63,181 nt of DNA, taken from Nitrospiraceae bacterium. GTDB lineage: Bacteria > Nitrospirota > Thermodesulfovibrionia > Thermodesulfovibrionales > UBA1546. Position 1 is the stretch's first letter; each line of letters starts with the position of its first letter. Positions 56,584 through 63,181 of the stretch are shown here, one piece after another. The DNA lies in assembly GCA_003599795.1 (NCBI GenBank), contig QZJQ01000037.1:1-63181 (forward strand). Direction: 5' to 3'. The notes beneath the pieces are model-generated. The model was given only the letters and a program-made list of their open reading frames with translations. It was not told the DNA's origin and did not search any database. Both the position numbers and the translations under genes were made by a program.

Positions 56584-56844
56584 ATGTATTCATTTGAAAT
56601 TAAAGATGAATTAGAAAAATCCCTGCGTAAACTTGCAAAAAGGGATAATCAGCTTTATGAGGCTGCCACAAAGAAGATTTTGCAAATAGCTGAAAATCCT
56701 GTAATCGGCAAACCCTTAAGAAATGTGCTTAAAGGCAAAAAGAGAGTCCATATCGGACATTTTGTCTTAATCTTTTCAGTTGATGACAAAGAAAGAAAAG
56801 TAACATTCCTTGAATTTGATCACCACGATAACGTCTATAAATAA
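56584..56844 (+). CDS. RelE/ParE-family type II toxin
   Basis: 86 aa; ...KKILQIAENPVIGKPLRNVLKGKKRVHIGHFVLIFSVDDKERKVTFLEFDHHDNVY fits the RelE/StbE pattern. Confidence 0.75.
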   Translation: MYSFEIKDELEKSLRKLAKRDNQLYEAATKKILQIAENPVIGKPLRNVLKGKKRVHIGHFVLIFSVDDKERKVTFLEFDHHDNVYK

Positions 56845-56867
56845 AATCAAGCGCTTACATGAAAATC

Positions 56868-56886
56868 ACTCATTAGGCAGAATCAC
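56868..56886. repeat. Direct repeat, right copy, flanking the TA cassette
   Basis: ACTCATTAGGCAGAATCAC. Confidence 0.9.
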
Positions 56887-56892
56887 AATTGT

Positions 56893-57570
56893 ATGAAGAA
56901 CAAAAAACTACTCTCAATCTGCGATAAACTCTTCAAATTCTTCGGCCCGCAGAACTGGTGGCCGGGCGATACGCCTTTTGAGATTGCCGTCGGCGCGATA
57001 CTTACGCAGAATACGAACTGGGGAAATGTAGAGAAGGCGATAAATAACCTTAAAAAAGCGAACGTCCTGAACTCAAAGGCAATCCACGATATGCCAGTAA
57101 AAAAACTTGCCTCATTAATACAGCCGTCTGGTTATTTTAATATCAAAGCAAAAAGGCTTAAGTCATTTATTAATTTCCTTATGAACGATTATCACGGAAG
57201 CATGAAGAATATGAAAAAGGAAGAAATGCATTCGCTCAGGGAAAAACTTCTCAGTGTCAATGGCATCGGGCCTGAGACAGCAGATTCAATTCTTCTCTAT
57301 GCTCTTGATAAACCCATTTTTGTTATTGACGCATATACCAAGAGGGTTCTTTCAAGGCATAATATTTTAGGGCATGATGAGGCATACGATAAATTTCAGG
57401 AGCTTTTCCATCTGTCTCTGAAAAAGGATGTAAAACTTTTTAATGAGTATCATGCGCTTTTTGTGAGAGTAGGGAAAATGTTTTGTAAGCCCAAGCCGAG
57501 ATGCGAAAAATGCCCGTTAAAAGAAAGGGTCAAAGGCTTCAAGGGTTCAAGGGTTCGAGTGAGATGCTAA
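56893..57570 (+). CDS. HhH-GPD superfamily (endonuclease III-related) DNA glycosylase
   Basis: LLSVNGIGPETADSILLY..VID HhH-GPD motif; FeS loop CKPKPRCEKC. The last 15 codons lie in the octamer array. Confidence 0.8.
   Translation: MKNKKLLSICDKLFKFFGPQNWWPGDTPFEIAVGAILTQNTNWGNVEKAINNLKKANVLNSKAIHDMPVKKLASLIQPSGYFNIKAKRLKSFINFLMNDYHGSMKNMKKEEMHSLREKLLSVNGIGPETADSILLYALDKPIFVIDAYTKRVLSRHNILGHDEAYDKFQELFHLSLKKDVKLFNEYHALFVRVGKMFCKPKPRCEKCPLKERVKGFKGSRVRVRC
57527..57559. repeat. Left arm: ~4 tandem octamers GGGKTCRA
   Basis: GGGTCAAA GGCTTCAA GGGTTCAA GGGTTCGA G. Confidence 0.9.
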
Positions 57571-57926
57571 AGAACTTTAAAGATTTAAAGGTCTGGCAAA
57601 AATCCTATGAGTTATCTTTGGAAATTTACAGGATTACAAAGAGATTTCCTTTAGAAGAAAAATATGGTCTCACGTCACAGATAAGAAGAGCGGCAGTATC
57701 TGTCACATCCAATATTGCAGAAGGATACGCAAGAAAAACAAGGCCGGAATATATTCAGTTCTTATATGTAGCTTATGGTTCTAACTGTGAGTTGGAGACT
57801 CAGATTTTGCTGTCTGGCGATTTAGGCTATATTAAAAGTGAAGAACTTAAACAACTTCAGGAGGAGATTAGTGAGATTGAAAGAATGTTAAAGGCTCTTA
57901 TTAAATCTCTGGAGGATAAAACTTGA
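57564..57926 (+). CDS. Four-helix-bundle protein (23S rRNA intervening-sequence protein / Avd-like family)
   Basis: 120 aa; FKDLKVWQKSYELSLEIYRITKRFPLEEKYGLTSQIRRAAVSVTSNIAEGYAR...YGSNCELETQ is the classic PF05635-type signature. Confidence 0.85.
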   Translation: MLKNFKDLKVWQKSYELSLEIYRITKRFPLEEKYGLTSQIRRAAVSVTSNIAEGYARKTRPEYIQFLYVAYGSNCELETQILLSGDLGYIKSEELKQLQEEISEIERMLKALIKSLEDKT

Positions 57927-57954
57927 CCCCTCGACCCCTTGACCCCTCGACCCC
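57922..57954. repeat. Right arm: ~4 tandem octamers, inverted relative to the left arm
   Basis: CTTGACCC CTCGACCC CTTGACCC CTCGACCC C. Its reverse complement is GGGGTCGA/GGGGTCAA x4. Confidence 0.9.
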
Positions 57955-58795
57955 TATTCGTGTTCTTTCCCTTGGATATTCTCCTTGCCCCAATGACACC
58001 TTTATTTTCTATGCGCTTGTACACGGGATGATAGACACCGGCGATTTGAAGTTTAATGAAATCCTCCTTGATGTTGAGACACTGAACCAAACGGCCTTGA
58101 AAGGCAAGCTTGATATAACAAAAGTTTCATATAATGCATTCGGGAATCTGAGGGATGATTACTGCCTTCTCCGCTCAGGCGGCGCGCTTGGAAGAGGATG
58201 CGGACCCTTGGTTGTGTCTTCAAAAGAATGTGAAATGAAAGATTTGAAAGGAAAGACAATAGCAATTCCCGGAGAGCTTACCACAGCGTATCTTCTTTTA
58301 CAGCTTTATGACCCTGATTTCAAAAATAATGTGCAAGCTATGCCGTTTAGTGAGATTATGGGAGCAGTGAAGAATGGAAAAGTTGATGCAGGGCTTATAA
58401 TCCATGAGAGCAGATTTACATATCCTTTGTACGGGCTAAAAAAAATAATTGACCTCGGAGAATGGTGGGAAAAAAAGACAGGGCTTCCCATCCCTCTTGG
58501 CTGCATAATCGCAAAGAGAAATCTCGGAATAGAATTAACAGAAAAGCTGGAAAGGCTGATAAGAGAGAGCGTGCAATATGCTATGAGCCGCCCTGAGATG
58601 CTGATGGCGAAATATATAAAAGAGCATTCACAGGAGCTTGATGATTCGGTTATTGAAAAACATATCAAGCTCTATGTCAATGATTATTCAATTGACATTG
58701 GCGATGACGGTATAAGGGCCGTAAGGAAACTTCTTGATATGGCAGAGGAGAGAGGGATAATAAAAAAATCAGCGATGCCTTTATTTATTGTTTAA
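57923..58795 (+). CDS. mqnD: 1,4-dihydroxy-6-naphthoate synthase (futalosine pathway), MqnD-like
   Basis: LSLGYSPCPNDTFIFYALVHG signature. The only in-frame start is TTG 57923, inside the right arm. Confidence 0.7.
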   Translation: MTPRPLDPSTPIRVLSLGYSPCPNDTFIFYALVHGMIDTGDLKFNEILLDVETLNQTALKGKLDITKVSYNAFGNLRDDYCLLRSGGALGRGCGPLVVSSKECEMKDLKGKTIAIPGELTTAYLLLQLYDPDFKNNVQAMPFSEIMGAVKNGKVDAGLIIHESRFTYPLYGLKKIIDLGEWWEKKTGLPIPLGCIIAKRNLGIELTEKLERLIRESVQYAMSRPEMLMAKYIKEHSQELDDSVIEKHIKLYVNDYSIDIGDDGIRAVRKLLDMAEERGIIKKSAMPLFIV

Positions 58796-59425
58796 ACTGA
58801 TTCTCGGCAGAAATCTCGGCACCTGCTTCATATATTCAATATATTCATCGCCGAATATTTTTATCAGCCTTTTTTCTTCCATGAATGCGCCGAAAATGAA
58901 GTAGATGTCCGCAAGGATGCTCACTGTAAGCCAGTTCCTTGTAATATTAGGCTCAAACGTGAAAATAATTATTCCCGCCAGGTAAAGCGGATGCCTGACA
59001 ATGCCATAAACGCCTGTCTTAACAAGCCTTGCCTGCGTTATCCCTTCAACATCTCCTTTAATCTCTTTTTTTGTCATATATCTCCAGACCTGCGCGATTC
59101 CCAAAAATTCATGAGAGTTTATTACTTTAAAAGAAAGAATGCCGAATATAAGGCCTGAAATCTGAATTGAATGCATTATCCACCTGAACCATGCCGGCCC
59201 CGTGAGCAGATAAATATCAGGAATCATATTTATCAGATGTGCGGCGATGGCTGCTGTAATGACGCTGAAGCAGGTATAGACGAACCTGTAGAAAACCTTC
59301 ACAAATGTCTCACCCAAAAGCCTCTGTGTTTGGGACTTGATGAAAGATGTCACGCAGAGACTGTGGATAAAGGCAAATGATAAGAATACCAGTATCACTC
59401 TGCCTGTGGCCTCATGCCATATCAT
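58781..59425 (-). CDS. ICMT/PEMT-like membrane methyltransferase family protein
   Basis: GVYGIVRHPLYLAGIIIF motif; multi-TM. Confidence 0.65.
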   Translation of the reverse strand: MIWHEATGRVILVFLSFAFIHSLCVTSFIKSQTQRLLGETFVKVFYRFVYTCFSVITAAIAAHLINMIPDIYLLTGPAWFRWIMHSIQISGLIFGILSFKVINSHEFLGIAQVWRYMTKKEIKGDVEGITQARLVKTGVYGIVRHPLYLAGIIIFTFEPNITRNWLTVSILADIYFIFGAFMEEKRLIKIFGDEYIEYMKQVPRFLPRISLNNK

Positions 59426-59579
59426 GTAAGTATTGTATACTAATCAGCTTCATTCATAAAACCGCTTAACCCGGATATTGTCCGGATTCGTCTTGCCGGC
59501 CGCTAATCTGCATTTGCTCCCTATTTTCGTATTGCTGAAACAAAAACCAGTAAGCTATACTTTATAATCAGCAGTTAAA

Positions 59580-59596
59580 TCCCGATAATATCGGGA
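59580..59596. promoter_or_regulatory. Perfect palindrome just upstream of the MgtE-sensor gene RBS
   Basis: TCCCGAT-aat-ATCGGGA ends 1 nt before AGGAGA. Confidence 0.35.
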
Positions 59597-59608
59597 CAGG
59601 AGATAGTG

Positions 59609-60871
59609 ATGCCTTTTTTCAGCGAACTTTTTGTGAGCGAGATATTAAAGAAACCGGTACTTGATCCGAGAGGCGAAGAACTCGGCAGGGTGAAGGACCT
59701 TGTTGTTGTTAAGGGAGACCCCTTGCCGAAGGTTTCAAGCCTTGTCCTTGAGAAGAAAAGAAAGCTCTTTAATCTCCCGTGGAGTGATTTGAGCATCTTT
59801 AACAAAAGGATAATCTCTGCAAATGTCTATACCGAAGCTCTCCGGCACTATGAATTCAGGGATGAAGACCTTCTTTTAGTCAGGGATATTTTTGATAAGC
59901 AGATAGTTGATGCAAACGGGGCCAAGGTTGTCAGAGTTAATGACGTAAAGCTTGAAGGGCTTAACACAGAGGCTGTGCTTGTTGCTGCTGATGTAGGCAT
60001 GAGGGGAATAATGAGAAGGATGGGCGTTGAAAGAGGCGGAGAAGATTTTATAAGGCTTTTCAGGGCGCAGCTGCCGTATAACCTTATAGGCTGGAACTAT
60101 ATACAGCCGCTTGAGCCTAAACTCACTGCAATATCCCTTACAGTGCCGCGGCAGATGGTTTCTGAACTGCATCCTGCGGATCTGGCGGCAATAATAAGCC
60201 AGGTATCCCATAAAGATGGCGCTACATTCTTTAAAGACCTTGATGTTGAGACAGCAGCGGAAGCGCTCTCAGAGCTTGAGCCTGACACGCAGGCGGCCAT
60301 AATAACTGGCATGGACACTGAAAAAGCGGCAGACATTATAGAAGAAATGCCTCCTGACGAAGCGGCTGATGTATTGAGCGATCTGTCTTCAGAAAAAGCG
60401 CAGGAAATTCTCGGCAGCCTTGAAAAGGAAGATGCAGAGGACATTCAGGAACTCTTAGAACATGAGGAGGATACCGCAGGCGGCATTATGACTAATGACT
60501 TTATAGCATACAGGCCTGAAATAACAGTGAGAGAAGCTATGGAGAAATTCAGGCATGACGCCGAAGAAGTTGAAACCGTCTATTACATATACGTTACGGA
60601 TGAAGAAGAGAAGCTTAAAGGAGTTGTTTCTCTCAGGGAACTGCTCTTGTCGGCGCCTGAGATAAAGCTGTCTGAAATTATGGAGACCAAGCTCAAGAAG
60701 GTAACACCTGAGACTGATGAGATGAGAGTTGCAGGAATCATATCAAAGTATAACCTTGTTGCTATTCCTGTGGTTGACCGCGAGGGGTTTATGCTCGGCA
60801 TTGTGGATATAGATGATATTATAGATACAATCCTGCCGCCGGCAGCAAAACGCAAGAGGAGAAGAGTATAA
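59609..60871 (+). CDS. Soluble PRC-barrel + MgtE N-domain + CBS-pair protein (MgtE cytosolic sensor without the membrane domain)
   Basis: LHPADLAAII..ETAAEALSELEPD..AADVLSDLSSEKAQEIL is an MgtE_N acidic repeat, followed by two CBS motifs. There are no TM helices. Confidence 0.8.
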   Translation: MPFFSELFVSEILKKPVLDPRGEELGRVKDLVVVKGDPLPKVSSLVLEKKRKLFNLPWSDLSIFNKRIISANVYTEALRHYEFRDEDLLLVRDIFDKQIVDANGAKVVRVNDVKLEGLNTEAVLVAADVGMRGIMRRMGVERGGEDFIRLFRAQLPYNLIGWNYIQPLEPKLTAISLTVPRQMVSELHPADLAAIISQVSHKDGATFFKDLDVETAAEALSELEPDTQAAIITGMDTEKAADIIEEMPPDEAADVLSDLSSEKAQEILGSLEKEDAEDIQELLEHEEDTAGGIMTNDFIAYRPEITVREAMEKFRHDAEEVETVYYIYVTDEEEKLKGVVSLRELLLSAPEIKLSEIMETKLKKVTPETDEMRVAGIISKYNLVAIPVVDREGFMLGIVDIDDIIDTILPPAAKRKRRRV

Positions 60872-60876
60872 GAATA

Positions 60877-60929
60877 CAAGTTAAAAGTTACGAATTAAAA
60901 GTTAGAAGTTAGAATCTAAAATCTAAAAC
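60877..60929. repeat. AT-rich word array
   Basis: CAAGTTAAAAGTTACGAATTAAAAGTTAGAAGTTAGAATCTAAAATCTAAAAC. Confidence 0.85.
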
Positions 60930-60960
60930 AGGCAATACAGATTAGCAGAGGAAAGTTCTG

Positions 60961-62202
60961 ATGAAATTCAGCAAAAAAGTTCTTCTCTTCCTGAGCGTAA
61001 TGGGGCCCGGCATCATAACTGCGAATATAGATAATGATGCAAGCGGCATAACCACTTACTCTGTGGCAGGCGCAAGATTCGGATATTCACTGCTCTGGAC
61101 CCTGATTCCTACGACTGTAGCGCTCGTCGTGATTCAGGAGATGATTGCAAGGATGGGGGTGGTCACAGGCAAGGGGCTTTCAGACCTGATAAGAGAAAAC
61201 TACGGCGTAAAATCAACATTCTATATGATGGCAGCCCTGCTCATCGCAAATTTCGGCACAACTCTCGCCAATTTTGCAGGGTGGGCGGCGTCTATGGACA
61301 TACTCGGCTTGAGCAAATATGTGATGGTTCCTGTCGGAGCGGTGTCAGTCTGGTTCCTTGTTACAAAGGGCAGTTACAGGGCAGTTGAGAGAGTTTTACT
61401 TTTTGCGTGCCTCTTATATTTCGGTTATGTTATTTCAGGATTCATGGCAAAACCTGAGTGGGGTTCTGTTTTTAAGAATACATTTCTGCCTCAGATGAAG
61501 TGGGATTCCGAATATGTGATACTCAGCGTGGCCATAATAGGCACAACAATAACGCCGTGGATGCAGTTTTACCTTCAGTCTTCCATTGCAGAAAAGGGCA
61601 TAAGAAAAGAAGATTATAAGGCGTCAAGGCTTGATGTGATACTGGGATGTTCTATAACTGACATAGTTGCATTTTTCATTATAGTCACATGCGCAGCCAC
61701 CCTTTTTCCGTCAGGCATAAGGATAAACGAGGCGTCAGAGGCTGCTATTGCACTAAAGCCTTTCGCAGGAGAATATGCGTCTTTCATCTTTGCTCTCTGC
61801 CTGGCCAACGGTTCGCTTCTGGGAGTGATAATAGTTCCGCTGGCAACAGCATATTATATATGCGAGGCCATGGGATGGGAGGCAGGCATTGATAAAACCT
61901 TCAGGGAAGCGCCGCAGTTTATGTGGATATACACTGCCCTCATAGTTGTTTCTGCCCTGGTGATATTGATTCCCGGCGCGCCGCTGGTCTTTCTTATGAT
62001 TCTGGCGTCTGTTGTAAACGGCATATTGCTCCCATTTGTGCTGATATATGCGCTGTCGCTGGTGAACAATAAAAAGATAATGGGAGAATATGTAAACCCG
62101 AAGAGTTATAATTACATATCGTGGGGCACTATAGTGGTTATAATCTGTCTCACGGTATTTTTTGTGGTTACAAGCATAATACCCGTAGGAGGAAAGATTT
62201 AA
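60961..62202 (+). CDS. NRAMP-family transporter with non-canonical metal-site motifs
   Basis: 413 aa, ~11 TM. TM1 reads GPGIITANIDNDASG (not DPGN). TM6 reads GTTITPWMQFYLQS (not AxxMPH). Confidence 0.8.
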   Translation: MKFSKKVLLFLSVMGPGIITANIDNDASGITTYSVAGARFGYSLLWTLIPTTVALVVIQEMIARMGVVTGKGLSDLIRENYGVKSTFYMMAALLIANFGTTLANFAGWAASMDILGLSKYVMVPVGAVSVWFLVTKGSYRAVERVLLFACLLYFGYVISGFMAKPEWGSVFKNTFLPQMKWDSEYVILSVAIIGTTITPWMQFYLQSSIAEKGIRKEDYKASRLDVILGCSITDIVAFFIIVTCAATLFPSGIRINEASEAAIALKPFAGEYASFIFALCLANGSLLGVIIVPLATAYYICEAMGWEAGIDKTFREAPQFMWIYTALIVVSALVILIPGAPLVFLMILASVVNGILLPFVLIYALSLVNNKKIMGEYVNPKSYNYISWGTIVVIICLTVFFVVTSIIPVGGKI

Positions 62203-63181
62203 TGGTAAAGGCAATAGAGTGGAAAGACGGCAGGGTCATAATGCTGGACCAGTCCCTGCTTCCTATAGAGGTAAAATTTATAGACTGCGCGAATTATCAT
62301 ATTGTTGCGGAGGGAATAAGAAAACTCTGGATACGGGGCGCGCCTGCTATCGGCATAGCAGCCGCAATGGGGATAGCCCTCGGCGCGCAGGACCTAAATG
62401 CAAAAAACTTCAAAGACTTCATGAAAGGGATAGATGTTATATGCAATGAGCTTCTTAGCACGCGGCCTACGGCAGTAAATATAAAATGGGCTGTTGAGAG
62501 GATTAAAAGGCTTTTAAAAGAAAGACGCGGCGAAGGGGTGAATAGGTTAAAGGAACTGCTGATTGAAGAGGCAAAAAAAATACATGAGGAAGATATTGAG
62601 GTAAATAAAGCAATAGGAAGATGGGGCGCACAGTTTATCAAAGACGGCGATACAGTCCTTACGCACTGCAATGCGGGGAGCCTTGCAACAGGCGGGTACG
62701 GCACGGCAACTGCACCGATGCTTGTAGCAATAGAGCAGGGCAAAAAAATACAGGTCATAGCTGATGAGACCAGGCCTGTCCTTCAGGGCGCAAGGCTTAC
62801 AGCATGGGAGCTTATGCAGGCAGGCGTGCCTGTTACGCTTATAACAGACAACTCAGCAGGTGCGCTTATGAAAAAAGGCGAGATAGACCTTGCGATTGTA
62901 GGCACTGACAGGACTGTAAGGAACGGAGACGTAGCAAATAAGATAGGGACCTATTCCGTTGCAGTATTATGCAAAGAGCATAAAATACCTTTCTATGTTG
63001 CAGCGCCTTTGAGCAGTATTGATTTTTCAATTTCAACAGGTGATAAGATTCCGATAGAAGAGAGAGGCGCAGAGGAAGTTACGCATATATTCGGCAGGTG
63101 CCAGATCGCGCCTGACAACGTGAAAGTGAGGAACATGGCATTTGACGTTACGCCGGCAAAATATATAACGGCAATTATTAC
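62202..63181 (+). CDS. mtnA: S-methyl-5-thioribose-1-phosphate isomerase (partial; runs off the window)
   Basis: Hand-translated: MVKAIEWKDGRVIMLDQSLLP...IRGAPAIGIAAA...HCNAGSLAT...GTDRTVRNGDVANKIGTY. The ATG shares 1 nt with the NRAMP gene stop. Confidence 0.85.
   Translation, partial: MVKAIEWKDGRVIMLDQSLLPIEVKFIDCANYHIVAEGIRKLWIRGAPAIGIAAAMGIALGAQDLNAKNFKDFMKGIDVICNELLSTRPTAVNIKWAVERIKRLLKERRGEGVNRLKELLIEEAKKIHEEDIEVNKAIGRWGAQFIKDGDTVLTHCNAGSLATGGYGTATAPMLVAIEQGKKIQVIADETRPVLQGARLTAWELMQAGVPVTLITDNSAGALMKKGEIDLAIVGTDRTVRNGDVANKIGTYSVAVLCKEHKIPFYVAAPLSSIDFSISTGDKIPIEERGAEEVTHIFGRCQIAPDNVKVRNMAFDVTPAKYITAII

Noticed and set aside
57564-57926. Avd-like four-helix-bundle gene as a marker of a diversity-generating retroelement.
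   Set aside because: There is no reverse transcriptase gene and no template/variable repeat pair with A-specific mismatches anywhere in the window. The flanking repeats are tandem octamers, not TR/VR.
59426-59605. Mg2+ (M-box) or Mn2+ riboswitch upstream of the MgtE-sensor/NRAMP genes.
   Set aside because: I could not recognise the conserved cores by eye. Only a 7-bp palindrome next to the RBS is evident. A covariance-model scan is needed, so this is not claimed.
103-60929. Possibility that the short repeats are CRISPR arrays.
   Set aside because: The units are 7-8 nt and directly tandem or inverted, with no 25-40 nt repeats, no unique spacers and no cas genes.

Overview
This 63 kb window is mostly core genome from a diderm bacterium (it encodes LptE). 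The organism has a dissimilatory sulfur-type energy metabolism and about 43-45% GC by eye. A Thermodesulfovibrionia/Nitrospirota-like or deltaproteobacterial sulfate reducer is plausible, but that is inference only.

Gene content, in order:
- Positions 1-14.5 kb hold the tuf 3' end and the S10-spc-alpha ribosomal superoperon, rpsJ through rplQ. It includes secY, map, infA, rpmJ and rpoA but lacks rpmD and adk.
- Next come small lipoprotein genes and YkgJ, PPC-domain and nitroreductase genes.
- These are followed by aroQ, an M24B peptidase gene, efp, accB, accC and a PilZ gene.
- Then come rpmE, a DUF1385 gene, prfA, prmC, atpB and atpE.
- A minus-strand operon follows: a THUMP methyltransferase gene, dusB, a GDPD gene, a small ORF and a nucleotidyltransferase gene.
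- Then come a REC-PilZ gene and rdgB.
- A complete sulfate-activation/APS-reduction block follows: adk-sat-aprBA-qmoABC-CBS-hppA.
- Next are a MinD/ParA plus J-like/RodZ-HTH gene pair and a deoxyhypusine-synthase-like gene.
- Then come rpsT, holA-lptE-leuS, aspS and rluB.
- These are followed by a three-domain ATP-dependent DNA ligase gene, a RelE-type TA cassette, an HhH-GPD glycosylase gene, a four-helix-bundle (23S rRNA-IVS/Avd-like) gene and mqnD.
- The window ends with an ICMT/PEMT-like gene, a soluble MgtE-sensor gene, a non-canonical NRAMP gene and the mtnA 5' part.
- I found no rRNA, tRNA, CRISPR array, transposase or integrase.

The most unusual signal is not a gene cluster. It is a pervasive family of degenerate 7-8 nt tandem 'word' arrays plus TCGCC-NNN-GGCGA mini-hairpins.
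- The arrays usually occur as inverted arms.
- They fill normally tight operon junctions.
- They also lie in-frame inside essential genes: prmC, leuS at three sites, the lptE signal peptide, the L29 and S5 tails, and the DHS-like gene.
- In one place they bracket a four-helix-bundle gene whose arms also supply the C-terminus and the N-terminus of the two neighbouring genes.
- I read this as a candidate IVS-like/MITE-like element family with one cargo-bearing copy and many cargo-less derivatives. That reading is a hypothesis.

Secondary leads:
- A split MgtE-sensor gene sits next to an NRAMP-related transporter gene.
- EF-P carries Arg at the modified loop tip.
- adk has moved from the spc operon to sit beside sat.
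- The TA cassette is flanked by 16-bp direct repeats.
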